Shown here one piece after another: positions 8,337 through 17,119 of a DNA stretch of 20,000 nt. This stretch comes from an uncultured virus (IMG/VR IMGVR_UViG_3300040811_000464) (lineage: Duplodnaviria > Heunggongvirae > Uroviricota > Caudoviricetes). Under the pieces are notes generated by a model, which did no database searches, had not been told where the DNA came from, and saw only the letters and a list, made by a program, of their open reading frames with translations. Within the stretch, counting starts at the first letter, position 1. Each line of letters begins with the position of its first letter. Where the stretch lies: the IMG/VR virus record IMGVR_UViG_3300040811_000464. One strand, given 5' to 3'. The translations under genes and the position numbers were made by a program.

Positions 8337-9311
8337 ATGTTTGATATACTTACGATTGTCCCAGGCAAAAAGAAGCAGACGCAAAGTGGATGGACTTCAT
8401 TCAATGCGCCTTGTTGCCATCACAATGGGCATAACCCTGACAAAAGAATGCGAGGGGGAATTAAAACAGATGGTGATGATTGGAACTATCATTGTTTTAA
8501 CTGTGGCTTTAAGTGTGGTTTCAAACTAGGTAGAGCAATTAGCAAACGCACACGCAACTTTTTATCGTGGTGTAATATGCCAGACCAAGATATTAATAAA
8601 TGGTCGTTGCATTCTATTCAACATAAAGATTTGATAGATTCTATCCTACATAAAAAGAAACAACAGAAGTTGCCCACGTTTAAAGAAAAGCCAATGCCAG
8701 AAGGTGAGTTGATTTATACTGCTAATAAAGATCATCAAGTGTATATTGATTACTTAAACAAGAGGGGTTTGCAACATAACGACTATCCCTTTATGGTCAA
8801 TCCTAATGCAGAGGGGAGACAGTCGCAGGGTATAATTATTCCTTATACATATGAAAACAAAGTTGTTGGTAGTACAATTAGATTTATGGATGATAGAAAT
8901 CCTAAGTTTATAAATGATCAACAACAAGGATATGTATTTGGTACTGATTTACAAAAAGACAGTTGGGAAGTTGTATTAGTTTTTGAAGGCATTTTTGATG
9001 CGATATCAATGAACGGTCTTGCATTGACACACGATACGATTAATGACAATCAAGTTGCTGTAATTAAAAAATTGGGTAAACGTGTTATTGTTGTCCCCGA
9101 TCAGGATAAAACAGGTTTAGGTATATGCGAAAGAGCATTAGAACTAGGTTTTGATGTATCTTTACCCAACTGGTCAGAGGACATCAAAGATGCAAATGAT
9201 GCAGTAATTAAATATGGACGACTGAATACACTACTAAGTATATTAGACTCCGCAACAAACAGCAAAATCAAAGTAGAAGTTATGAGGAATAAAATTGCTA
9301 AAAGAATTTAA
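8337..9311 (+). CDS. DNA primase (DnaG/T4 gp61-like: Zn-binding domain + TOPRIM)
   Basis: Zn ligands APCC...YHCFNCG; TOPRIM VFEGIFDA, PDQDKTG, KDANDA; adjacent to replicative helicase. Confidence 0.9.
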   Translation: MFDILTIVPGKKKQTQSGWTSFNAPCCHHNGHNPDKRMRGGIKTDGDDWNYHCFNCGFKCGFKLGRAISKRTRNFLSWCNMPDQDINKWSLHSIQHKDLIDSILHKKKQQKLPTFKEKPMPEGELIYTANKDHQVYIDYLNKRGLQHNDYPFMVNPNAEGRQSQGIIIPYTYENKVVGSTIRFMDDRNPKFINDQQQGYVFGTDLQKDSWEVVLVFEGIFDAISMNGLALTHDTINDNQVAVIKKLGKRVIVVPDQDKTGLGICERALELGFDVSLPNWSEDIKDANDAVIKYGRLNTLLSILDSATNSKIKVEVMRNKIAKRI

Positions 9312-10710
9312 TGTAGAAGTGCAAGAATTGTTTTTGCGAATGATGGTTACAAACGCAGAGTTGTTTGTAAGGGTCAATAACATTTTTAACGCAGAGAACT
9401 TTGATAGAAGATTAAGGCCTGTTGCAGAGTTTATGAGAGAACATTCAGAGCAATATAAAATATTGCCGGACCCTACGCAGATTAAAGCAACAACAGGTGA
9501 AACAATCGATACAGTTGCTGAATTAGACGAAGGTCATTATGAATGGTTTATGACTGAGTTTGAATCGTTTACTCGCAGACAAGAATTAGAAAGAGCAATC
9601 ATGTCATCAGCGGACTTGTTAGAGAAAGGTGACTATGATCCTGTTGAAAAGTTAATCAAAGATGCGGTACAAATCTCATTACAAAGAGACTTAGGTATCG
9701 ATTACTTTGAAGATCCTAGGGCTCGTCTTATGCATCTTAAATCTAGCAATGGTCAAGTATCATGTGGTTGGCCCTGTTTAGATCAAAAACTCTATGGGGG
9801 TTTTAATAAAGGTGAACTACAAATCTTTGCTGGGGGTTCGGGTTCAGGTAAGTCTTTGTTCATGCAAAATCTATCAGTCAATTGGATAGAACAAGGCTTA
9901 TCAGGTGTGTACATCACATTAGAATTGAGTGAAGAACTATCAGCAATGCGTGTCGATTCTATGTTAACTGATACAAAGACTAAGGAAGTATTTAAAGACT
10001 TAGACAATGTTGAAATGAAAGTTAAGATGAAACAAAAAGCCGCAGGTAATTTTAGAATTAAATATATGCCTGCTCAGTCTACAGTAAACGATTTGAGAGC
10101 ATATGTCAAAGAATTACAAATTCAAACAGGTATGAAATTAGACTTCATGTGTGTTGACTATTTGGATTTGTTAATGCCAGTAAGTGCTAAAGTAAGTCCA
10201 AGTGACTTGTTTGTTAAAGACAAATATGTATCAGAAGAATTGCGTAATTTGGCAAAAGAATTTGATTTAGTATTTGTAACTGCATCACAGTTAAACAGGA
10301 GTGCAGTAGAAGAAATTGAATTTGATCACAGTCATATCTCAGGTGGTATATCAAAAATCAATACAGCAGATAATGTATTCGGTATCTTTACATCACGTAG
10401 CATGAGAGAACGAGGTCAGTATCAAATTCAGTTAATGAAGACAAGATCAAGTTCGGGGGTAGGACAAAAAGTCGAATTGGCATTTGATATTGAAACATTG
10501 CGTATCACAGATCCTGGTACTAATGCACCAACGCAAAATACAACACAACCTTCTGCACAATCAATCATGGATAAGTTTAAAACTACATCACAAGTAGGAC
10601 AGACTAATAAAATAGTTGAAGATCAAGTAGAGTCTGAACAAAAACGAGTAACAGGTGATGTACAAAGTACAAAATTAAAATCATTATTGAATACTTTGAA
10701 AGACAAATAA
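9295..10710 (+). CDS. Replicative helicase, DnaB/T4 gp41-like
   Basis: Walker A GGSGSGKS, TLELSE, VDYLDL, TASQLNR, MKTR; TTG start with GAGGA SD. Confidence 0.92.
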   Translation: MLKEFNVEVQELFLRMMVTNAELFVRVNNIFNAENFDRRLRPVAEFMREHSEQYKILPDPTQIKATTGETIDTVAELDEGHYEWFMTEFESFTRRQELERAIMSSADLLEKGDYDPVEKLIKDAVQISLQRDLGIDYFEDPRARLMHLKSSNGQVSCGWPCLDQKLYGGFNKGELQIFAGGSGSGKSLFMQNLSVNWIEQGLSGVYITLELSEELSAMRVDSMLTDTKTKEVFKDLDNVEMKVKMKQKAAGNFRIKYMPAQSTVNDLRAYVKELQIQTGMKLDFMCVDYLDLLMPVSAKVSPSDLFVKDKYVSEELRNLAKEFDLVFVTASQLNRSAVEEIEFDHSHISGGISKINTADNVFGIFTSRSMRERGQYQIQLMKTRSSSGVGQKVELAFDIETLRITDPGTNAPTQNTTQPSAQSIMDKFKTTSQVGQTNKIVEDQVESEQKRVTGDVQSTKLKSLLNTLKDK

Positions 10711-10733
10711 TATCCAAAATGGTCACGATTGAC

Positions 10734-10739
10734 TAAATA
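10734..10739 (+). promoter_or_regulatory. Late-promoter-like TAAATA motif
   Basis: GACTAAATAG in the intergenic gap before the 80-aa ORF. Confidence 0.55.
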
Positions 10740-10758
10740 GTAGTAAGGAATTATACTT

Positions 10759-11001
10759 ATGCAGAAAAAAACTAAAAGCCTTTTAGAAGAACTAGAAAAT
10801 TTTGGTAGCAACCGAGATATCCCGCATATTGTCGAGTCTCGTGGCAACAATATTATTACTAGTGCGGTCAATTTAATTGAATTCATTCAACGCAATTATG
10901 ATGAAGGTCAGGCTGAACAGTTAGAAAAGAAACTGCTAAGTGCTATCCGAGGTAGAGACAAAACTCGTTTTTCAAAGACGATTAAAAAGTATCAAGGGTA
11001 A
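10759..11001 (+). CDS. Hypothetical protein (80 aa, helical)
   Basis: AAGGA SD; late-type motif upstream. Confidence 0.7.
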   Translation: MQKKTKSLLEELENFGSNRDIPHIVESRGNNIITSAVNLIEFIQRNYDEGQAEQLEKKLLSAIRGRDKTRFSKTIKKYQG

Positions 11002-11007
11002 GTATCA

Positions 11008-12036
11008 ATGAAGTTTGATGAAGTCATTATCAACGAAAATAAATTGGGTGACTGGATGTTTGGAGACAAACGATACCGCGGTCAAGGCGGCATGGGCGGT
11101 ACAGGAGGCCCTACAGTAAAAGCACCTAGTTTAGGACTTAAAGGCGGACTAACAAAACAAGATAAATTAGCATATAAATTATTTGTAAGAGATTTTGTTA
11201 GTGATGCTTTAAGCACAATTGATTCAGGTCTTAGAGCAGGATTAATTAATCCTCCTGTTCGTCCAAACGATTCAAAGAAAGATGCTGAAGAACCTCAACC
11301 AACACCTCAAGGTACAGAATTAGATCCCAATATTGATTACGATAAGCCTGCATATCAAAGGCAAGGCAAAGATTTACAATTTGAAAAAATGGATAGAATC
11401 TTAGAAAGTATTATTGGGGAGCAACCACAACAGACAGATGTAGAACAAGCAGGCGGTAGACTACTTAGTGTTTTTATAAGAGATTGGTTCGGTCAGTGGA
11501 TGCAAAATGTTGATTATACTAAAAGCAAAGATGTATTATATCAAATTATTGATAACTTAGAACATGTATATAACAATTCAAAAAATCCAGCCAAGCCAGA
11601 CATTGATAGAGATATTTTATCACAATTAGCAGACGGCGCTTGGTCAGCAACTTCTACTGTAGGAGTCACTCCTATAGGAGCAAAAAATGCACAAGGTGCA
11701 GAAGTAATACAAAAATCAGTAGAAAAACCTGCACAAGGTGCAAAGGAACCTGAGTTAAAATCAAAAGAAACACCAATGAAGCCTCTTGAAATACCTGCAG
11801 GCATAGCAATTAAAGATGCAGGTGGTACAGAATATTTTTATAACGGCAAACAGTGGACTGATTCTAGTGGTAATTCATTGTCAGCCGAGGCGCAACAAAA
11901 ATATTCAAAAATGTATGCAATGGATCCTAAAACATTTTATAAAACAGAACTTACACCACCAAAAAAATCTGTTAAAGAATCTAAAACTCAATCAGCAATT
12001 AGAGCAGAAAAAGTAGCATTACTGAAGTCGAGGTAA
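11008..12036 (+). CDS. Hypothetical protein, possible head-internal protein
   Basis: 342-aa ORF; N-terminus MKFDEVIINE resembles the T4 capsid-targeting sequence; P/Q/K-rich linkers. Confidence 0.6.
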   Translation: MKFDEVIINENKLGDWMFGDKRYRGQGGMGGTGGPTVKAPSLGLKGGLTKQDKLAYKLFVRDFVSDALSTIDSGLRAGLINPPVRPNDSKKDAEEPQPTPQGTELDPNIDYDKPAYQRQGKDLQFEKMDRILESIIGEQPQQTDVEQAGGRLLSVFIRDWFGQWMQNVDYTKSKDVLYQIIDNLEHVYNNSKNPAKPDIDRDILSQLADGAWSATSTVGVTPIGAKNAQGAEVIQKSVEKPAQGAKEPELKSKETPMKPLEIPAGIAIKDAGGTEYFYNGKQWTDSSGNSLSAEAQQKYSKMYAMDPKTFYKTELTPPKKSVKESKTQSAIRAEKVALLKSR

Positions 12037-12038
12037 AG

Positions 12039-13187
12039 ATGAACCTCAGTGAATCATTATCTAATACTTTACGTACATTAGAAAAAATCAATTTAGTCGA
12101 AGCAAAAGGACACTTAGATCACCCAGAGGATTTAGTGTTCTTAGGCGATGTTGAAGGTGCTAGACAAGCAATTAGTGCAATAGAACAAACAATCGCACAA
12201 CCAGGTACAATCACAATTAAGTGGGACGGCTATCCTGCTCTTATCTTTGGACGTAATAAAGAAGGTAGATTCTCTATTATGGACAAACATATGTTCAATA
12301 AGAAAGACGGTACAGGAAGACAAGTGTTCTCTCCCCAAGAGTTTAGACAGTATGATAAGAATAGAGGTGTTGATCGAGGAGACTTGTATCAGTTGATTGA
12401 TGATATATGGCCTGGATTAGAAAAAGCAGATAGAGGATCATTAGGTTATTATTGGGGAGACTTATTGTTTGCAAAACCATTAGAAGACCAAGACGGATAC
12501 TACTCATTTAAAATGAATCCAAATGGTATTGCATACAAAGTAAAAGCAGATAGTGAAGTTGGTCACATGCTAAAAGGAAAAACAGCAGGAGTAGGTGTGC
12601 ATACATTTATTCCAGTTAACGCACAAACTACAGATGAGTCATCATCACTAGACGGTACGATAGGTAACTTACATAACAATAGTGATGTAGCAATTGTACC
12701 TAGCAAGATGCCCATTACACCAAAGATTAAAATGCCCACGAAGTTGAAATCACAAGCAGAAGCAGAAATTGCTCAACACGGTGATGCTGTTCGTATCTTA
12801 ATGAATTCAGCGCCGCAGGCACGTAATGCATTTAATTCTTTGTTTACTGTATTCATTAATAAAAAGATTGTTGCCAAAGACCTGTCAAATTTGTATAATG
12901 ATTTTATTCAGTTTGTTGAGCAACGTCCAATGACTGACTCAATGCGTACTAAAATTACTAATCACTTCAATGCTCACAAGGACGGTGTTATGGGTGCATT
13001 TAAGATTTGGATTGCATTGTATAATCTAAAACAGAACATCGTAGATCAATTAGACAAAGCCGCAGAGGCTAGTCCTGTTAAAGGATACTTAGATGATGGC
13101 AGTGAAACACACGAAGGTTTCGTTGCTAATGGACTCAAGTTTGTCAATAGAATGGGCTTTTCTGCTCAAAATCTCGCCGCAAAGTAA
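12039..13187 (+). CDS. DUF6267-like protein with ligase/nucleotidyltransferase-type motifs
   Basis: HLDHPEDL, TIKWDGYPA (KxDG), WGDLLF, HEGFV..GLKFVNR..FS..N; GAGG SD. Confidence 0.6.
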   Translation: MNLSESLSNTLRTLEKINLVEAKGHLDHPEDLVFLGDVEGARQAISAIEQTIAQPGTITIKWDGYPALIFGRNKEGRFSIMDKHMFNKKDGTGRQVFSPQEFRQYDKNRGVDRGDLYQLIDDIWPGLEKADRGSLGYYWGDLLFAKPLEDQDGYYSFKMNPNGIAYKVKADSEVGHMLKGKTAGVGVHTFIPVNAQTTDESSSLDGTIGNLHNNSDVAIVPSKMPITPKIKMPTKLKSQAEAEIAQHGDAVRILMNSAPQARNAFNSLFTVFINKKIVAKDLSNLYNDFIQFVEQRPMTDSMRTKITNHFNAHKDGVMGAFKIWIALYNLKQNIVDQLDKAAEASPVKGYLDDGSETHEGFVANGLKFVNRMGFSAQNLAAK

Positions 13188-13217
13188 TATTATCACCACA
13201 TTTTTTCATAATCGGAA

Positions 13218-13278
13218 TAAATAATAGTATGAACCTCACGGTGAGGGACAACAAATATTACAGACTCGGAACGAGTCT
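13218..13278 (+). promoter_or_regulatory. Late-promoter-like TAAATA followed by two leader hairpins
   Basis: TAAATA 13218-13223; CCTCAC-G-GTGAGG 13234-13246; AGACTCG-GAA-CGAGTCT 13262-13278. Confidence 0.6.
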
Positions 13279-13298
13279 TACAAAAAAGGAATAGAAAA

Positions 13299-13670
13299 AT
13301 GGCACAATTTACAAGAGCAAATGGTGACTTTTATCCAGTATTACGTTTAGACGCAACTGGATATTCAAACCCAGGAGTAAACGCAGTTTCTTCAGGCAGC
13401 ACAGTTCAGCCTCAAGGACCGAAGTTAGACTTCTTTAACATTGAGTTAGCAGACATCGCGGCAAACACAACTTTAGCAAACATCGCAATGTTAACAATTC
13501 AGCAGAAAGCAGTTGTTTACATTTACGAGTTCACTAATGATGCAACAGATGATCTTTCAATCGCAGTATATCCTACTGGCGCTTGGGACGCAACTACTTT
13601 AGCATCTGCTATCGATTCAGCAACTGGTGGAACATCAACAGTTGTAGCATCAGCAACATTCACTAACTAA
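13299..13670 (+). CDS. Probable abundant small virion structural protein
   Basis: 123 aa, Ala/Thr/Ser/Gly-rich; own promoter motif, AAGGA SD and terminator. Confidence 0.6.
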   Translation: MAQFTRANGDFYPVLRLDATGYSNPGVNAVSSGSTVQPQGPKLDFFNIELADIAANTTLANIAMLTIQQKAVVYIYEFTNDATDDLSIAVYPTGAWDATTLASAIDSATGGTSTVVASATFTN

Positions 13671-13687
13671 GTTTTAGTTAACGAATT

Positions 13688-13718
13688 AAAAAGCCTCTTT
13701 TATTAGAGGCTTTTTTTT
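13688..13718 (+). terminator. Intrinsic (probably bidirectional) terminator
   Basis: AAAAAGCCTCT-TTTATT-AGAGGCTTTTT stem with T8 tract at 13711-13718. Confidence 0.9.
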
Positions 13719-13724
13719 GGCTAC

Positions 13725-13730
13725 TAAATA
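13725..13730 (+). promoter_or_regulatory. Late-promoter-like TAAATA motif
   Basis: Immediately after the terminator, 5 nt before ATG 13736. Confidence 0.6.
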
Positions 13731-13735
13731 CAACT

Positions 13736-14176
13736 ATGAAAACCATAACTTGTTTCACATTGTTTGACATTACTCATACTAATGTTCTTAACAGGTCAAA
13801 GCCTGTTGGGGAAAACCACAAGTTATGGCAAGTTCAAAGAAATTCACAAGCAAACTTTGATACTATATTGCAATGCATAAGTTTGCGAGGCAATCCAGAA
13901 ATATTACATTATCCTCATCGTATAGAGGACAACACAGAAAATTCTTCATTTGGATTTTTAATAGACAAAAGCATACAAGATTTTCATTATTGGAAATTTG
14001 ATTTTAAAGTACAGAACAATTCGGTGTTTGATGATGACATAGGACCTTTAGGCTTTCTTGTAAAAGACTGCCATGAAATACCTATGATTAAATGCGGTAC
14101 AGAAAGTGTAGACTTACCTAACTTTTTAGATACTACACCTGAATTGAATAATATATACTTTATGGAGAACGTATGA
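13736..14176 (+). CDS. Hypothetical protein
   Basis: 146-aa ORF following TAAATA; ATGA overlap with the next gene. Confidence 0.7.
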   Translation: MKTITCFTLFDITHTNVLNRSKPVGENHKLWQVQRNSQANFDTILQCISLRGNPEILHYPHRIEDNTENSSFGFLIDKSIQDFHYWKFDFKVQNNSVFDDDIGPLGFLVKDCHEIPMIKCGTESVDLPNFLDTTPELNNIYFMENV

Positions 14177-14733
14177 AAAAGAAGATAAATGTAGAAGAAA
14201 CTCGCAACAAAATTAAACAGATGTTTAAAGGAGAACTAATTAAAGAATTAAAAAATCTTTATATTAGTAACGACAGGTCTGGTATCAAAGCCTTTGGCAA
14301 ATACAGAATACGAAAAGATCAAAGCAGTCACTTGTACACAGTATCATGCAATGATTGGGAAGAATCATATAAATTTATAAATGCAAGAAATGCAATGGCA
14401 TACTGCGTATTTTCTCACAATCGTAATACTGAAAGGGCAAAAGAAGTTTATAACCTAGATGGCAAAATGGCATCCATCAATTTAGACATTGCAGTTCATA
14501 CTAGAGGTTACAAAAGTACAACAAAGGATTTAGATCATAGATTAATACAGTTAACTAAATTACAGGATGATTTAGGTCGCAAGAAACAAATTGTGTATAA
14601 CTTAGAAAGACTAATAAATACATCTAAAGAACAACAACGTAGAATTTTTGAGGAACACAAAAAGAATCGGTTTAAAAAACCCAGAAATTCTACGGAACAA
14701 GATAAATACAATATATCTACGACAGATTACTAG
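14173..14733 (+). CDS. Hypothetical basic protein
   Basis: 186-aa ORF with GGAG SD. Confidence 0.7.
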   Translation: MKKKINVEETRNKIKQMFKGELIKELKNLYISNDRSGIKAFGKYRIRKDQSSHLYTVSCNDWEESYKFINARNAMAYCVFSHNRNTERAKEVYNLDGKMASINLDIAVHTRGYKSTTKDLDHRLIQLTKLQDDLGRKKQIVYNLERLINTSKEQQRRIFEEHKKNRFKKPRNSTEQDKYNISTTDY

Positions 14734-14742
14734 GAATTTAAT

Positions 14743-15483
14743 ATGAAACTTAATGATTTAAACACACAAGAAGTTGCAGTCAAGGCTTTGAAAGAAAACT
14801 TTGAAGTTGATTTTAACGTCAAGGGCTTGAACAAAATCCAGACTCAAACTATGCATAATAAAGTAAAGGGTTTAATTGCTGAAGCAAAAGAATCTCAGAA
14901 CTTTGGTGCTGAATATCCAGCATATATGAAGTTAGTGTTTGTAGAGCAGGCTCTCAGAGAGCATTACAAAATTGCTCCTGAAGCACCTAGAACTAAAATC
15001 ATTACAGAAAATGAAGAAGTTAATAGATCACAAGTAATCTTAGCCGCACAAGACATGGTTGATTCTGTACAGAAAATGTTAGAAGAAGTTTCAGACATGT
15101 TAGTCAAAGAAATGCCTGCATTAGTAGATTCTGTTCAAACAGAAATCGGTGTTAACGAAGCACAAGCATTTGATCAAACAGCAGGACAAGGTCTTGCAGA
15201 ATTAAACCAGTGTTTAGTATCTGTTAAAGGTCAACTTGATCAAGCATTAGCAGGTATTACAGGTGGAAATGTTGTAGATGCATTTGACGGTGACGTAGAC
15301 TCAGGTTTAGGTGACGGAGAAGTTGGTGTTGACAGTATGGATGTTTCTGAACCTGCAATGAATGTAACAGGTGACGAAGGAACTGACGTAGTAGATGTGA
15401 ATGCTCCTGACTCAGTTGTCGGTGATGTCGAAGACGTAGACGTAGACGTATCAACAGGACCAGTCGGTAGAGCAAAAAGGTAA
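14743..15483 (+). CDS. Hypothetical acidic helical protein, possible prohead core/scaffold-type
   Basis: TAAATA at 14703-14708 and AGGA SD; helical core, D/V-rich acidic low-complexity tail ending GRAKR. Confidence 0.55.
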   Translation: MKLNDLNTQEVAVKALKENFEVDFNVKGLNKIQTQTMHNKVKGLIAEAKESQNFGAEYPAYMKLVFVEQALREHYKIAPEAPRTKIITENEEVNRSQVILAAQDMVDSVQKMLEEVSDMLVKEMPALVDSVQTEIGVNEAQAFDQTAGQGLAELNQCLVSVKGQLDQALAGITGGNVVDAFDGDVDSGLGDGEVGVDSMDVSEPAMNVTGDEGTDVVDVNAPDSVVGDVEDVDVDVSTGPVGRAKR

Positions 15484-15488
15484 AGCAC

Positions 15489-15860
15489 ATGAGGCTTTAC
15501 GAGTTTGTTGATGCTCAGGATAGCAATGCAATGGCAGCCAGTATCGTGGCTGTTTCTAATCAACTAAAACAACACGTAGAAGATGGGTCCATTGATCCTG
15601 ATAATTTTACGGTTGATCAACTGCTTGACACATTCCAAGATAATGACATTATACTTGATGTACAAGACTTGTACAAAATGATGGAAAAGCCTCTTTTAAA
15701 AAGTGTCATTTCAAATATTCAAGGAGACAAAGTAGTGTTCAAAGGACATGAACCTGTTAACATTGAACCCGGAAAAGACAAAAAATCTGATAGTGAAAAA
15801 ACCGTTGATAAAATGGCAAAGTCTGCTATGAAAAAAGATCGCGGCGCCTTTAAAATATAA
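15489..15860 (+). CDS. Hypothetical protein
   Basis: 123-aa ORF with AAGGT SD; N-terminus MRLYEF. Confidence 0.65.
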   Translation: MRLYEFVDAQDSNAMAASIVAVSNQLKQHVEDGSIDPDNFTVDQLLDTFQDNDIILDVQDLYKMMEKPLLKSVISNIQGDKVVFKGHEPVNIEPGKDKKSDSEKTVDKMAKSAMKKDRGAFKI

Positions 15861-15871
15861 ACCCAATCCAC

Positions 15872-15921
15872 TTTACACGTAATATAAATTACTTTATAAT
15901 AACATATTGAGGTGTTAAATA
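15872..15921 (+). promoter_or_regulatory. Tandem sigma70-type (TTTACA-17-TATAAT) and late-type (TAAATA) promoter motifs
   Basis: TTTACA 15872-15877, TATAAT 15895-15900, TAAATA 15916-15921. Confidence 0.55.
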
Positions 15922-15926
15922 CAAGT

Positions 15927-16244
15927 ATGGAAGTTACAGACATTGCAAAAGATAAAATTAAAGCCCATTTAGAAAAACGCGGTAAAGGCGTTGGTATTCG
16001 TATAGGCATAGAAACTACAGGGTGTAGTGGATATGCTTACAAACTTGAATATGCAGATAGTATCAACGAAGAAGATATTATCAATGAATATGATGGGTTT
16101 TCAATATTAATCGATCCTAAGGCTAACACTATACTTGAAGGAATCACAGTAGACTATCAAAAACAAGGATTAAATGAAGGTTTTGAATTTATTAATCCGT
16201 TAGAGAAAGCACGTTGTGGTTGTGGAGAGAGTTTTACAATTTGA
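15927..16244 (+). CDS. iscA: A-type Fe-S cluster carrier (IscA/HesB family)
   Basis: TGCSG and CGCGESF motifs; RGKGVGIRIG typical of proteobacterial IscA; probable ATG at 15927. Confidence 0.92.
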   Translation: MEVTDIAKDKIKAHLEKRGKGVGIRIGIETTGCSGYAYKLEYADSINEEDIINEYDGFSILIDPKANTILEGITVDYQKQGLNEGFEFINPLEKARCGCGESFTI

Positions 16245-17119
16245 ATTTAAAAATATCACACTTAGTCGTTAACGGCTGTAGTTATACATATGGACACGGA
16301 ATATCAGATCCAATCAATGATTGTTGGGCTTCTATCATTGCAAAACGTTTAGGAGTTCCGCTAGTTAATCTTGCTCTACCCGGACAGGGCAATCAAGCAG
16401 TCTTTCGTAGAACGATGCAATACTTTTACAAAGACCTTTTGCACGACAACAATCCTTTCTATATACATGCATACACTCAATCATCACGTAGGGAATGCTA
16501 CTTAGCAGATGTTAGTCCTCCCCATCATTTTTATATTGTCGATGGTTATGGAACTCACTCTCAGTTAGAAAAAGAAATAATTTTAAATTCTGATGATCAC
16601 TATTATTGTTTAATGGAGCAAGATAAATTACATCGTTGGGCAAGTATTAATAGTTTATTAGATACAAACAATATACCTCATCTGATGAGTGATTATATGC
16701 CAAATACTTCAGCGGTAGTACAAGATTTTATAGAACGTTACGAGACAATTTTGGCAAATGAATTAGAATTACACTCTGGCAAATTAAGAAATTTTAATGA
16801 AGTTACACAAGATTTTGACAAGACGCCTTGTTTACATGAAACAGTAGAAGGACATAAACATCTTGCAGATTATGTTTGGAAAGAAATAGAAAAACGGTAT
16901 GATGAAATCGAAGTGATTGACTGCAACCATGCTAAGTTACATGATATACTAATACATACTCCAAAAACGGAAAAAGATATCCGTGATAATCATACTAATA
17001 CTATAAATTTTTATCCACTTGAATTTTGTAGAAACGTATATTACTTCCATGAATTAGGAATGGATTATCTTAATAAAAATTGGGCAGGAAAACCAGAAAC
17101 AGATCACATGAGGCCATAA
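16241..17119 (+). CDS. SGNH/GDSL hydrolase-like protein
   Basis: Block I NGCSYTYG, block II NLALPGQGN, block V-like CLHETVEGH; probable TTG start at 16241 (TTGA overlap). Confidence 0.65.
   Translation: MNLKISHLVVNGCSYTYGHGISDPINDCWASIIAKRLGVPLVNLALPGQGNQAVFRRTMQYFYKDLLHDNNPFYIHAYTQSSRRECYLADVSPPHHFYIVDGYGTHSQLEKEIILNSDDHYYCLMEQDKLHRWASINSLLDTNNIPHLMSDYMPNTSAVVQDFIERYETILANELELHSGKLRNFNEVTQDFDKTPCLHETVEGHKHLADYVWKEIEKRYDEIEVIDCNHAKLHDILIHTPKTEKDIRDNHTNTINFYPLEFCRNVYYFHELGMDYLNKNWAGKPETDHMRP

Noticed and set aside
7421..10725. AAAATGGTCA shared by two intergenic regions (7421-7430, 10716-10725)
   Set aside because: Only two copies, AT-rich, with inconsistent spacing to TAAATA; chance cannot be excluded.
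13188..13298. tRNA or known ncRNA in the intergenic gap
   Set aside because: No cloverleaf, T-loop or CCA; only two short hairpins, reported as a leader structure.
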